This document shows, in pieces, positions 18,608 through 28,763 of a DNA stretch of 64,000 bases. The notes beneath the pieces were generated by a model. The model made no database searches. It was not told the DNA's origin and saw nothing but the letters and a program-made list of their open reading frames with translations. The translations under genes and the position numbers were made by a program. Positions within the stretch are counted from its first letter, which is position 1; each line of letters opens with the position of its first letter. Origin of the DNA: an uncultured Gammaproteobacteria bacterium (GTDB lineage: Bacteria; Patescibacteriota; Microgenomatia; CAZETR01; Amesbacteraceae); assembly GCA_964518565.1 (NCBI GenBank), contig CAZFGX010000001.1, forward strand, positions 75,046 through 139,045, given 5' to 3'.

Positions 18608-20265
18608 AACCCGATAGTGTCAAACTCGTCTCCCTTGGTGGATTTGGTCGAGTTACCTCAAATATGTTCTGCTATGAATATGGCAATGACATTCTTTTAG
18701 TAGATTGTGGCATGGGTTTTCCAACTGAAGAAATGTTAGGCGTAGATATTTTAATACCCGATATTTCATATATCCGTCAGCGCTTAAATCAAATCCGTGG
18801 CCTAGTGCTTACCCATGGACATGAAGATCACGTAGGCGCTCTGGCCTATATTTTGCCCCAACTCGGAGATATTCCGGTGTACGCGAGCCAACTCACAGCC
18901 AGTTTGGTCATGGAAAAACTAGTCGAGTATGAAAACATGCCGAAAAAAATCACTGTGTTAGATATGGGTAAACCAATTCAATTGGGTAAATTTACTGTTG
19001 AATCTGTTCGTATCTCACACTCAATTCCCGACGCAACCAATTTAATTATTAAAACGCCAGTTGGCACTATTTATCACGGCAGCGATTTTAAATTTGATTT
19101 TACCCCTATCGACGGCAAACAGCCGGACATTGGGCGAATCGCCGCCGCTGGCAATGAAGGTATCCAGTTACTTTTATCTGACTGTTTAGGCAGTGAACGC
19201 CGTGGATATACACCTTCTGAAAAAATTCTTAATGAAGTTCTTGAGCGCGAAATTGGCTCGTGTGAAGGTAAATGTTTGGTTACCACAATGAGCAGTAACA
19301 TTAGTCGTTGGCGCCAAGCAGCGGAAGTGGCTATTCGCCATGGCCGAAAAATTGCTATCTCAGGAAAATCTATCGAACGAAATATCCAAGTCGCTAGCCA
19401 GCTAGGCTATGTAAATCTTCCCAAAGGTATGTTTATTGATCTAAAAGATGCCAAAAAACTCGACGATAAAAATGTTTGTATCCTTATCGCCGGCAGTCAA
19501 GCTCAGGCAGGTTCAGCCTTAGTCAGAGTGGGAGACCAAGAGCATGCAGATATTAGTGTCGGACCAGGGGACAAAGTGATCTTTTCTTCAGATCCTATAC
19601 CAGGTAGTGAGACAGCAGTTCAATCTCTTATCGATTCACTAGCGCGGCTCGGTGCTGTAGTTGCCTATTCTGGCCCCAACGATAGTTTGCATGTGACCGG
19701 TCACGGCAGTCAGCAAGATTTACTTTTAATGATGAGCCTGACTCGACCAAAGTTTTTGCTCCCAATTGGCGGTACATATCGTCACATGATCCAATACCGT
19801 CGACTTGCTCAATCTATGGGCTATGCTCCAGAACAAGTATTACTTCCCAACACCAATCAAATTATCGAGATAGACAAAGATGGGGTCCGTCTCGGAGCGG
19901 CGATTGAAATCAAAAATGTCATGGTCGATGGTCTAGGTGTCGGCGACGTCGGCAGTGTCGTCTTGCGTGATCGCCAGCGCTTGGCCGAAGAGGGAATTGC
20001 TGTCATCGTTGTGGAGATCGATCAAAACGATCCATCAAAAGTTGAAAGTCTAGAAATTGTCAGTCGCGGCTTTGTTTTTGATAAGGAAAACACTGAATTA
20101 CTTAACAAAGCCAGCCAAGTTGTTCGCAAGCAGCTCGCCTCTCGTAAGGGAAAAATCGAAACCGAACGTCAAGTTCGTCAAATTATTATTGACAGTCTCA
20201 ACCCGTTCTTCTTTGAAGCCACCCGCCGCCGCCCCATGATTCTGCCTGTTGTGGTTGAAGTATAA
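18604..20265 (+). CDS. rnj: Ribonuclease J (metallo-beta-lactamase/beta-CASP RNase).
   Basis: 553 aa with HGHEDHVGAL and beta-CASP region. Confidence 0.85.
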   Translation: MKPDSVKLVSLGGFGRVTSNMFCYEYGNDILLVDCGMGFPTEEMLGVDILIPDISYIRQRLNQIRGLVLTHGHEDHVGALAYILPQLGDIPVYASQLTASLVMEKLVEYENMPKKITVLDMGKPIQLGKFTVESVRISHSIPDATNLIIKTPVGTIYHGSDFKFDFTPIDGKQPDIGRIAAAGNEGIQLLLSDCLGSERRGYTPSEKILNEVLEREIGSCEGKCLVTTMSSNISRWRQAAEVAIRHGRKIAISGKSIERNIQVASQLGYVNLPKGMFIDLKDAKKLDDKNVCILIAGSQAQAGSALVRVGDQEHADISVGPGDKVIFSSDPIPGSETAVQSLIDSLARLGAVVAYSGPNDSLHVTGHGSQQDLLLMMSLTRPKFLLPIGGTYRHMIQYRRLAQSMGYAPEQVLLPNTNQIIEIDKDGVRLGAAIEIKNVMVDGLGVGDVGSVVLRDRQRLAEEGIAVIVVEIDQNDPSKVESLEIVSRGFVFDKENTELLNKASQVVRKQLASRKGKIETERQVRQIIIDSLNPFFFEATRRRPMILPVVVEV

Positions 20266-20282
20266 TAAACATAAACCTGCCT

Positions 20283-22412
20283 ATGGCCAAAAGACGCTCG
20301 TCCTCTCATCAAAAATTTAAACTCAAACTAAAAAAGGGTACTGTCTATTCAATCGCTACATTAATTTCATTCGCAGCTGCCGGCTTAGTCGCTGTATCAT
20401 TCATCCGTCGTGGTTTGCTTCTTATGCGTGCAAATGAATTACTTACCACCTATATCGGTTTTATCCCCTCACTATTTTTACCGTTTCCTTTGGTAATTGG
20501 CGGGTTAATGATTAGTAAAATCAAAACCTCCCTTCGCGAACCACACGTCTTTGTTGGGAGCTTGATCATCTTATTGTCCCTAATTGGTTTGGTACACGAT
20601 GGCATAGTGGGTCAAGAGATTTGGAGTAATATTGCGGTATTCGTCTCCAGTGTTGGTGCTTTTTTATTATTACTGACCACTCTCGGCATCGGCATCTTAA
20701 TTATGTGCAATATTCCGTTCGAAGATGTCTTCAATGCCATATTTGCTACAGCCAAAAAAGCCGCCGAAGCCACCAGTAAAATGTCCGACAAAAAAAATCA
20801 ATTCGCCAAACCGCTAAAGACATCCAACACAGATCAGCCTACCGTTTCCAACAAGCCCTTTCAAATCAAAGGTCTTGGTCAAACAGACAAAAAACCCAAC
20901 GCCACTCCCGCAGCTGCTATGGCTCCACTAGTCCCTTCAAAACCCCAAGCAGCCAGTGACACTCCTTGGACCTATCCACCTTCGAATATCTTTACTGAAA
21001 ATATTTCTGGGAAAGCCGACCGGGGTAATGTGAATAACAACGCCGCTATTATTGAAAAAACTCTTGAAGCTTTTGGTATCACTGCCAAAGTCGTCGAAGT
21101 AAATCTTGGACCTGCCGTTACTCAATATGCCCTCGAAGTAGCCATCGGTACCAAGTTATCTAAAATCAGCTCATTAGGCAGTGATTTAGCTTTAGCTCTC
21201 GCAGCTCCCACTGGTCAAATTCGTATCGAAGCTCCTATTCCTGGTCGTTCATTGGTTGGTATAGAGCTACCAAACCGTGCCCCAGAATTTGTTAGTATCC
21301 GCAAAGTCTTAGAGTCTGATTCCCTCAAACACCATAAGAGTAAATTGGCAGTTGCCCTGGGCTTAGATGTTTCTGGAGAGCCGATTGTGGCTGACATTGC
21401 TCGCATGCCGCACGTCTTGATTGCAGGTAGTACAGGATCTGGAAAATCAGTCTGTATCAACGCCTTCCTTGCTTCATTGCTCTATCGCAATAGTCCTCAA
21501 GAATTAAATCTTATTTTAGTCGATCCTAAGCGTGTCGAATTGACCGGCTACAACAATATCCCTCATCTATTGACTCCAGTCATCGTCGAGCCAGACAAGG
21601 TGTTATCGGCATTAAAATGGGCCACAGTCGAAATGGATCGTCGCTACAAACTTTTTGCCGAAGTTGGTGTGCGCAATCTCGAAGGCTACAATGAGTTATC
21701 TGGGTTTCAAGCTCTACCATATATAGTCATTTTTATCGACGAGTTGGCCGATATTATGTTGTTTGCCCAGGTCGAAGTCGAAGATGCAATTACTCGCATT
21801 GCCCAGATGGCTCGTGCAACTGGGATTCATTTAGTACTCGCCACCCAACGTCCATCAGTAGATATTATTACTGGTTTAATCAAAGCCAATATTCCCACCC
21901 GTATCGCGTTTGCAGTTTCCTCCATGATCGACTCGAAAGTTATTTTAGATACTCCCGGAGCTGAAAAACTCTTAGGCAAGGGCGACATGTTATATATCCC
22001 ACCAGAGCAGGCCAAACCTACTCGTATCCAAGGAGCCTTCATTTCCGACAAAGAAATCAAAAACCTTATCGAATTTATCAAAAACCAAGGTGTTGCTCCT
22101 CATTACACAGAAGAAGTGTTGACCATGCCAGTAAACAGTAAACGTGGTGGCCGCGGAGCCGCCTTTATCGCTCCAAGCGGCGAAGACCGCGACGCTTTAT
22201 TTGAAGATGCGTTGCGGATGATTGTTCAGCATCAAAATGCTTCTGCGTCATTCTTGCAGCGCAAACTCAGTATCGGTTACGCTCGCGCCGCCCGCATTTT
22301 AGATGAACTGCAACAAGCCGGGGTAGTAGGCGCTGCCGATGGTGCCAAACCCCGAGAGATTCTTTTGGCTGACGCCGATAGCTTTTTTGCTCAACCCGCT
22401 GCCACCGAGTAA
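20283..22412 (+). CDS. ftsK: DNA translocase FtsK/SpoIIIE.
   Basis: N-terminal TM segments. Motor domain with GSTGSGKS Walker A, and a winged-helix gamma domain at the C-terminus. Confidence 0.85.
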   Translation: MAKRRSSSHQKFKLKLKKGTVYSIATLISFAAAGLVAVSFIRRGLLLMRANELLTTYIGFIPSLFLPFPLVIGGLMISKIKTSLREPHVFVGSLIILLSLIGLVHDGIVGQEIWSNIAVFVSSVGAFLLLLTTLGIGILIMCNIPFEDVFNAIFATAKKAAEATSKMSDKKNQFAKPLKTSNTDQPTVSNKPFQIKGLGQTDKKPNATPAAAMAPLVPSKPQAASDTPWTYPPSNIFTENISGKADRGNVNNNAAIIEKTLEAFGITAKVVEVNLGPAVTQYALEVAIGTKLSKISSLGSDLALALAAPTGQIRIEAPIPGRSLVGIELPNRAPEFVSIRKVLESDSLKHHKSKLAVALGLDVSGEPIVADIARMPHVLIAGSTGSGKSVCINAFLASLLYRNSPQELNLILVDPKRVELTGYNNIPHLLTPVIVEPDKVLSALKWATVEMDRRYKLFAEVGVRNLEGYNELSGFQALPYIVIFIDELADIMLFAQVEVEDAITRIAQMARATGIHLVLATQRPSVDIITGLIKANIPTRIAFAVSSMIDSKVILDTPGAEKLLGKGDMLYIPPEQAKPTRIQGAFISDKEIKNLIEFIKNQGVAPHYTEEVLTMPVNSKRGGRGAAFIAPSGEDRDALFEDALRMIVQHQNASASFLQRKLSIGYARAARILDELQQAGVVGAADGAKPREILLADADSFFAQPAATE

Positions 22413-22444
22413 CCAGCTAGACGTACAGGGTAAAATACAAATTC

Positions 22445-23086
22445 ATGAAAACCGCTGGTCAAATTTTACAATCCACTCGCATCGCCAAAAAAATTGATAT
22501 TCAGGACGCTTCGCGTACCACCAAAATTCGCCCCCAATTTATTTCTCACATTGAGGCTGATGATTACAGTCAGTTGCCCAGTGGAGCCACCGCTCGGGGA
22601 TTTATCCGAAATTATAGTGAATTTTTAAATCTAAACCCCGAATATGTGTTGGCCGTCTTTCGCCGAGATTTTTTAGAAAATCAATCAGGCCAAATTGTTC
22701 CCCGCGGAGTTGCCGAGCCAGTCAGTCAGCCAAATGTTTGGACACCTAAAATGACTATTATTGCAGTTGTAGTTTTAGTATTTACTCTTCTGGCTGGCTA
22801 CTTAATCTATGAATACCGCATTTTGACAGGCCCACCAGAATTGATTGTTACCACCCCCAACGACCAAATCGAAACAACTACAGATTCCATCGAAGTATCT
22901 GGGAGTACAGATCCGCAAGCCACTATTGCTGTAAACGGTCAATTGATTGCCTTAGATAAAGGCGGCCTGTTTTCTGTCCGTATCCCACTTCAGGCAGGCG
23001 ACAACAAAATTGATATCGTTTCCACCGGCAAATCCGGACGTAGTACCACCCAAAGCCGCCATGTCAAGTTGACTCCTGGCCAATAA
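22445..23086 (+). CDS. RodZ-like membrane protein (HTH_25 domain, TM, extracytoplasmic domain).
   Basis: N-terminal XRE-type HTH (IRPQFISHIEADDYSQLP...ARGFIRNYSEFL), then a TM helix and a C-terminal domain. Confidence 0.55.
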   Translation: MKTAGQILQSTRIAKKIDIQDASRTTKIRPQFISHIEADDYSQLPSGATARGFIRNYSEFLNLNPEYVLAVFRRDFLENQSGQIVPRGVAEPVSQPNVWTPKMTIIAVVVLVFTLLAGYLIYEYRILTGPPELIVTTPNDQIETTTDSIEVSGSTDPQATIAVNGQLIALDKGGLFSVRIPLQAGDNKIDIVSTGKSGRSTTQSRHVKLTPGQ

Positions 23087-23104
23087 ATCGGTAAAAATAC
23101 CCAT

Positions 23105-23449
23105 ATGTTATTACAAATATTACTCGGGGTCGTCATCCTCAGCATGACCGTAATCGTCGCCGCCGCAGGTATTCAGTTTTTCCTTATCCTTCATGATTTT
23201 CGTCAAACGGTCAAACGCTTAAATGCTATTTTGCAAAACACGCAAACACTTTCCGACGCCTCTGCCAAGCCTATAGCCGCCGTCAACGAATTTTTCACCG
23301 AAGTTAAAACTCTCGTCAATGAAACTCAAACTGAAATCATTCAAAGTACTCCCGATCGTGTCATTGAGCCTTCTTCCGGCTTACCATATCGCTCCAGTCG
23401 AGCCAGCCGTTTCTTCCGCCGCGCCGGCAATACCCTAAGAGCAAATTAG
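23105..23449 (+). CDS. Hypothetical small membrane protein (114 aa).
   Basis: N-terminal TM helix. No recognisable motif. Confidence 0.35.
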   Translation: MLLQILLGVVILSMTVIVAAAGIQFFLILHDFRQTVKRLNAILQNTQTLSDASAKPIAAVNEFFTEVKTLVNETQTEIIQSTPDRVIEPSSGLPYRSSRASRFFRRAGNTLRAN

Positions 23450-23474
23450 CAACAACTGAGGGTATAATACGCTC

Positions 23475-25316
23475 ATGCTTACGGCCAACCAACTTCGCCA
23501 AAAATACCTAGATTTTTTTGCCTCTCATGGTCACAAAATTATTCCTTCTAGTCCACTCGTCCCCGAAAACGATCCCACCACACTTTTTACCAGTTCTGGC
23601 ATGCAGCCACTTATTGGTAATCTATTAGGCCAACCTCACCCTTCTGGTACTCGTCTAGTCGACAGTCAAAAATGTTTTCGCTCCCAAGATATCGATGAAG
23701 TGGGGGACAACCGCCACACCACTTTTTTTGAAATGCTTGGTAATTGGTCTCTTGGTGATTATTTCAAGACAGAACAACTTTCCTGGTTCTTCGAATTTTT
23801 GACCAAAGAAATCGGTCTTGATCCAAATAAGCTTTATGTGACTGTATTTTCCGGTGATCCTGAAACGAGCATTTCCAAAGACGACGAATCTATTACTCTC
23901 TGGCAAAAACTCTTTTCAGATGCGGGTATTTCAGCTGATTACGTCGAATTAGATACCGAAAGCAATGGCTACAAAGTTGGTATGCAATCTGGCCGCATCT
24001 TTGGTTATGGTGTCAAAAAAAACTGGTGGAGTCGTTCCGGCGTCCCCTCAGCCATGCCTGCAGGTGAGCCAGGTGGACCTGACTCTGAAGTTTTTTATGA
24101 TTTTGGCACACCGCACGACACCAAGTGGGGGACGCATTGTCACCCCAACTGTGATTGCGGCCGCTTCCTAGAAATCGGCAACTCGGTGTTTATGCAGTTT
24201 CAAAAACAAGCCGACGGTTCATTAAAAGAACTACCTCAAAAAAATGTCGATTTTGGCGGCGGTTTTTCTCGTCTTCTCGCCGCGATAAATAGCAATGGCG
24301 ATATCTTCACCACAGATTTATATTCACCCCTCATTTCTGAAATCGAAAATCAGACCAATAACTCTTACGCCTCCCAACCAGCTGCAATGCGCATCATTGC
24401 CGATCATATGACTGCCAGTGTTTTTCTCATTGCCGACGGTGTAATTCCCTCAAACAAAACCCAAGGCTATTTTTTGCGCCGTCTTATTCGCCGAGCTATG
24501 GTCAAAATGCAGCTACTCAAAGGCGATATCACCAAAACTGTCGATGACACATTTTATGAGCAAGTGATTCATAAAATTATCGCCATCTATAAAGACCAAT
24601 ATTTCAGCAAAATCGATACTTCCGGTATTTTAGAAGTCTTAACTGCTGAAAAAAATAAATTTGCCAAGTCGTTACAAACCGGCTTAAAACAAATAGATTC
24701 CACCTCACCCTTTGATTTATTTCAAACCTATGGTTTCCCTGTTGAAGTGACCGAAGAGTTATATGCCCAACAAGGCAAGACCGTAAATCGAGAAGAATTT
24801 GATCAACAATTAAAATCTCATCAAGACCTCTCTCGTACTGCTTCAAAAGGGATGTTCAAAGGTGGCTTAGAAGATCACTCGGATACAACCACTAAATACC
24901 ACACAGCCACCCATTTACTTCATGCCGCCCTCCGTCAAATCTTAGGTAACCATGTTTCTCAAAAAGGCAGCAATATCACCTCCGAACGCCTACGTTTCGA
25001 TTTTTCTCACCCAGAAAAATTGACCGATGGTCAAATGCGTCAAATTGAAGATCTGATCAACCAAAAAATCTCCGAAAATATCCCCGTCACTCGTATCGAA
25101 ATGAAAAAGTCCGACGCCATTGCCCAAGGTGCCATGGCCTTTTTCCCCGAGAAGTATCCAGACATCACAAGCGTGTATACTATTGGTACATTCTCAAAAG
25201 AATTATGTGGTGGTCCACATGTCAACTCGACCGGGGACATTGGTCGTATTAAAATTACCAAACAAGAATCCGTCAGTAGTGGCGTACGCAGGCTCTATGC
25301 CCAACTGACCAGTTAA
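23475..25316 (+). CDS. alaS: Alanine-tRNA ligase, short form (catalytic, tRNA-binding and editing domains; no C-terminal C-Ala domain).
   Basis: N-terminal LTANQLRQKYLDFFASHGHKIIPSSPLVPENDPTTLFTSSGM. Editing-domain HTATHLLHAAL and CGGPHV motifs. 613 aa. Confidence 0.85.
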   Translation: MLTANQLRQKYLDFFASHGHKIIPSSPLVPENDPTTLFTSSGMQPLIGNLLGQPHPSGTRLVDSQKCFRSQDIDEVGDNRHTTFFEMLGNWSLGDYFKTEQLSWFFEFLTKEIGLDPNKLYVTVFSGDPETSISKDDESITLWQKLFSDAGISADYVELDTESNGYKVGMQSGRIFGYGVKKNWWSRSGVPSAMPAGEPGGPDSEVFYDFGTPHDTKWGTHCHPNCDCGRFLEIGNSVFMQFQKQADGSLKELPQKNVDFGGGFSRLLAAINSNGDIFTTDLYSPLISEIENQTNNSYASQPAAMRIIADHMTASVFLIADGVIPSNKTQGYFLRRLIRRAMVKMQLLKGDITKTVDDTFYEQVIHKIIAIYKDQYFSKIDTSGILEVLTAEKNKFAKSLQTGLKQIDSTSPFDLFQTYGFPVEVTEELYAQQGKTVNREEFDQQLKSHQDLSRTASKGMFKGGLEDHSDTTTKYHTATHLLHAALRQILGNHVSQKGSNITSERLRFDFSHPEKLTDGQMRQIEDLINQKISENIPVTRIEMKKSDAIAQGAMAFFPEKYPDITSVYTIGTFSKELCGGPHVNSTGDIGRIKITKQESVSSGVRRLYAQLTS

Positions 25317-25321
25317 TAACT

Positions 25322-27475
25322 ATGAATCTGCCTTTTCTCAAAAAGAAATCCCCATCCAACACTCCAATAAAGCGTGATTATTTTCTTGCTATTGAAGTAG
25401 CCGACACCGTCGTTACATGTGCCTGTTGGACATTGGTGAACAATCAGCCCCAAGTCTTAACTATTGGCAAAACTACTTCTTGGAATATTCAAAAAGACGA
25501 TAGCCTCATCACTGCCTGTGACACGAGTATTTCTGATGCAGTAGCCCAATTGGATCCTACTGGCCAAATCGAACCCCAAAAAACCGTCCTTGGCATTCCA
25601 CCTCACTGGATCGAAAACGACAAACTCTCCCCAGAGAAAGGCCGTCTCCTTAAAGCCATGACCCAAAAACTCTCATTAGAAGCCTTAGGCTTTGTCGTGA
25701 CCCCAGAAGCCGTTGCCCGCTATTTGCAGGTGAGTGAGAGCGTCGCCCCTACCGCAATAATTTTGGGCTTCTCTTCTACTGACGTCAGTGTTGCACTGGC
25801 TCGCCTAGGCAAGTTAGAAGGGCTTCAAACAGTGGTTCGTAGTGATTCAGCATCCGCAGATGTTGCAGAAGGGTTGAGCCGTTTTGAACAAAAAGATGTA
25901 TTACCTTCGCGTATGGTCGTGTATGGATCCGTTCCAAATATCGAAGATATTAAACAGCAACTTCTAGCCCACCCTTGGCAGACTCCTCACGCCGTTCTGA
26001 AGTTTTTACATTTCCCCAAAATTGAAGTTCTACCAGCAAATTTTTCACTCCATGCTCTAGCTATCGCCAGTGGTTCAGAAATGACCAGCCATCTCGGGTC
26101 TGATGTACAGACAAAAGATGTCCAACCTGAACAGTACCCAGTAATATCAGAAAATGAACTAGACGATGATTACGAGCCAGACACTCAACCCGAGCCGGTT
26201 ACTCCTCAACCTGTTCCTGTTATTTTGCCACAAGCATTAGGTTTTGTTCTTCAAGACAGAGTCGAAGAAGCCGAACCGGTTAAAAAATCCTTTTCGCGAC
26301 CTTCATTGCCAAAAATCAAAATTCCTGCTGGTGGAGCAATTGCCATTACCGCAATCGTTGTTCTGGTTGGTGCGGCCGCCCTTACTGCCGCATACTGGTA
26401 TCTACCTAAAGCTACGGTGACCATTAGAGTGAGTCCTAAAACAGTAGATCAGGCATTTGATGTCACGACAAATACCGAAATTTCTTCTATAGACCAAGAC
26501 AACAAAAAAATCCCTGCGACCAAAATCGAAGCAACAGTATCTGAAGAAAAAACCGCTCCAGCTACTGGTACCAAACTCATAGGGGATAAGGCGACTGGTA
26601 AGGTAAAATTGATTAGTGGTCTAGATCAAGCCAAAACCATCCCAGCAGGCACTGTAATAGTTGCCTCCAACGGTCTCAAATTCACGCTAGATTCAGATGT
26701 AAAAGTTGCTTCCGCGTCAGGATCGCCTTTAGATAAAAACGAGTTTAAGCCTGGAGAAGCGACAGCTAGTGTAACCGCCGGACAAATAGGTATTGAAAGC
26801 AACCTAACAGCGGGGAATCAATTTAAAGTGGGCAATTTTGGCACCGCCATGGTCATAGCCAAAAACGAAGAAGCCTTCTCCGGTGGCAACAGTCGTCAAG
26901 CCAAAGTAGTCTCAAAAGACGATATTGCCAAACTTCGGGCAGATCTCTTGTCTAGTCTGAAAGACCAGTCAAAAACTCAACTGAATCAAAAAGTTTCTTC
27001 AGATCAAGTTTTATTGCCTGAAACTATGGAAACCAAAACTGTCTCCGAAGACATAAATCATAAAGCCGATGAAATTGCCGAATCTGTTACAGTAAAACTG
27101 TCTGTTCGCTCTTCAGCCTTGTCATATAACCAGACGGATATCAGTAGTCTAGCCTCTACCGAAGTGCTCAAACAATTGCCAGAAAAATACACTCCTTCTA
27201 CTACTCTTTCTCCTCAAATTGCTCTCAAAAGTCAAGATAAATCCGGCAGCGTTTTAGGTATTCATATCGAAGCTACTGCAGTTCCCACCTTAGACCAAGA
27301 TGCAATAAAAGCCGATATTACTGGAAAATCAGTTTCAGATGCAACGACATATATCACCAGTCTTCCAGGTGTATCCAGTGCTGATATAACCTTTTCTCCG
27401 CCCTTGCCTAAACTACTTCGCCTCTTGCCGCATAGTAGTAAAAACATCACCGTTTCCATAAACTCAGAGCAATGA
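25322..27475 (+). CDS. 717-aa membrane protein. N-terminal cytoplasmic actin-like ATPase fold (FtsA/PilM-like), Pro/Glu-rich linker, one TM helix, large Ser/Thr-rich extracytoplasmic domain.
   Basis: YFLAIEVADTVVTCA and ILGFSSTDVSVAL resemble actin-fold phosphate-binding motifs. TM at AIAITAIVVLVGAAALTAAYWYL. Functional call is weak. Confidence 0.4.
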   Translation: MNLPFLKKKSPSNTPIKRDYFLAIEVADTVVTCACWTLVNNQPQVLTIGKTTSWNIQKDDSLITACDTSISDAVAQLDPTGQIEPQKTVLGIPPHWIENDKLSPEKGRLLKAMTQKLSLEALGFVVTPEAVARYLQVSESVAPTAIILGFSSTDVSVALARLGKLEGLQTVVRSDSASADVAEGLSRFEQKDVLPSRMVVYGSVPNIEDIKQQLLAHPWQTPHAVLKFLHFPKIEVLPANFSLHALAIASGSEMTSHLGSDVQTKDVQPEQYPVISENELDDDYEPDTQPEPVTPQPVPVILPQALGFVLQDRVEEAEPVKKSFSRPSLPKIKIPAGGAIAITAIVVLVGAAALTAAYWYLPKATVTIRVSPKTVDQAFDVTTNTEISSIDQDNKKIPATKIEATVSEEKTAPATGTKLIGDKATGKVKLISGLDQAKTIPAGTVIVASNGLKFTLDSDVKVASASGSPLDKNEFKPGEATASVTAGQIGIESNLTAGNQFKVGNFGTAMVIAKNEEAFSGGNSRQAKVVSKDDIAKLRADLLSSLKDQSKTQLNQKVSSDQVLLPETMETKTVSEDINHKADEIAESVTVKLSVRSSALSYNQTDISSLASTEVLKQLPEKYTPSTTLSPQIALKSQDKSGSVLGIHIEATAVPTLDQDAIKADITGKSVSDATTYITSLPGVSSADITFSPPLPKLLRLLPHSSKNITVSINSEQ

Positions 27476-28155
27476 CCGTCAAAAAACTCGCGCCCATTAT
27501 CGTCATGTCCTTAGGTGTCCTCACGTTGGCTGCCGTGATTGTTCCTTTGAGTATTTCAGTTGTCAAAGCCAGCTTATTTACCACCCCAGTCTTGATCGAT
27601 CCGACAAATGTCTCATCCGCTCAAACGCCAGTGGTAATAAACGATTTAGGAATCACTACCACCATCGACTACGCCAGTCCAAATGCCTGGTTTGATACTC
27701 CACAAACCAGTTTAGTCGAAGACAATGCTCCGATTTCTAGTGGTGTCCAATACTATACTATTTCCATTCCGCGTCTAAATCTAGAAAATGTTCCCATTGA
27801 AATAAATGGTACTGACCTCAAAAAAAATGCTATCCACTTTCCTCACACTGCCTTACCTGGCACTCCGGGTAATGCCGTCATTTTTGGCCACTCAGCTCTC
27901 CCGCAGTTTTATCAAAAGGGTAACCCACTAACAATTTTCAATGCGCTTCCAGATGCCAGAGTAGGGGATGAAATAATTGTGAAATATGATGGTATCACCT
28001 ACCGCTATCAAGTAAAAAAAACCCAAGAAGTGACTCCGAGTCAGATAGATGTTATTTCTCAGCGGTACGACAAGCACGAAATGACGCTCGTGACGTGTGT
28101 GCCACTTGGTACCTATTGGCATCGCTTTGTTGCCACAGCCGAGCTGGTAAACTAA
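27472..28155 (+). CDS. Sortase (cysteine transpeptidase).
   Basis: N-terminal TM anchor, catalytic TLVTC motif, conserved His in FGHSAL. 4-nt overlap with the upstream gene. Confidence 0.75.
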   Translation: MTVKKLAPIIVMSLGVLTLAAVIVPLSISVVKASLFTTPVLIDPTNVSSAQTPVVINDLGITTTIDYASPNAWFDTPQTSLVEDNAPISSGVQYYTISIPRLNLENVPIEINGTDLKKNAIHFPHTALPGTPGNAVIFGHSALPQFYQKGNPLTIFNALPDARVGDEIIVKYDGITYRYQVKKTQEVTPSQIDVISQRYDKHEMTLVTCVPLGTYWHRFVATAELVN

Positions 28156-28535
28156 TGCCTATGAATTATTTAGGCATTGATTATGGACAAAAACATCTGG
28201 GACTTGCTCTTGCCATGAGTCCCATTGCCGAGCCATTAGACAGTCTTGAACCGTCCATGGCTCAACAAAAAATCTCACAGCTCGTCAAAAAATATAACAT
28301 TCAAAAAATAATTATTGGCTTACCCGACGAAAATCAACGCGAGTCAATCCAACAATTCTTTTCTTCATTAGATCTCGAATGCCAATTAGTTCTGGTAGAC
28401 GAAACACTATCGTCTCACGACGCTCGTCATGCTCTACTTCATACTTCTCAAACGAGTCGTCAAAAAAAAGAACATAGTGTCGCAGCAGCCATAATTTTAC
28501 AATCATATATAGATAACCTGTCGGTTGATTTTTAA
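28155..28535 (+). CDS. ruvX: Putative pre-16S rRNA nuclease / Holliday junction resolvase-like YqgF (RuvX).
   Basis: Internal start MPMNYLGIDYGQKHLGLALA at 28155, overlapping the sortase stop by 1 nt. The N-terminal extension in track ORF 28095 is rejected. Confidence 0.8.
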   Translation: MPMNYLGIDYGQKHLGLALAMSPIAEPLDSLEPSMAQQKISQLVKKYNIQKIIIGLPDENQRESIQQFFSSLDLECQLVLVDETLSSHDARHALLHTSQTSRQKKEHSVAAAIILQSYIDNLSVDF

Positions 28536-28561
28536 AACCAAAAACGGTACAGTACACCCAC

Positions 28562-28762
28562 ATGTTCAAAAACGTAATCGCTCCTGTTCAAGCCTGGTTA
28601 CTGTCTCAAGGTCGATGTGTTGGCTGTGGTACTGAACTTACGACTGGCAAAACCGAAAAATCCTCTAAGGGTGAAAAAGTCACCTGTCAAAAATGTGGCC
28701 GCATTTTTATGAAAGAAGCCGGTACCGGCAAATATCGTCGAGCCCTGTTTACCGAAGTGTAG
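28562..28762 (+). CDS. Small zinc-ribbon protein (66 aa; CxxC...CxxC).
   Basis: CVGCGTELT...CQKCGRIF. Confidence 0.4.
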   Translation: MFKNVIAPVQAWLLSQGRCVGCGTELTTGKTEKSSKGEKVTCQKCGRIFMKEAGTGKYRRALFTEV

Positions 28763-28763
28763 T

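Noticed and set aside
28095-28154. N-terminal extensions of track ORFs: 28095 (ruvX), 17819 (UDG), 44609 (recA), 36950 (rpsL), 29784 (rpoB), 54434 (secF), 51101 (DUF3048), 47863 TTG (miaA).
   Set aside because: Each extension overlaps the upstream gene or a structured/terminator region. Conserved N-termini of the protein families begin at internal Met codons, and those internal starts give 1-4 nt gene overlaps or tight spacing typical of operons.
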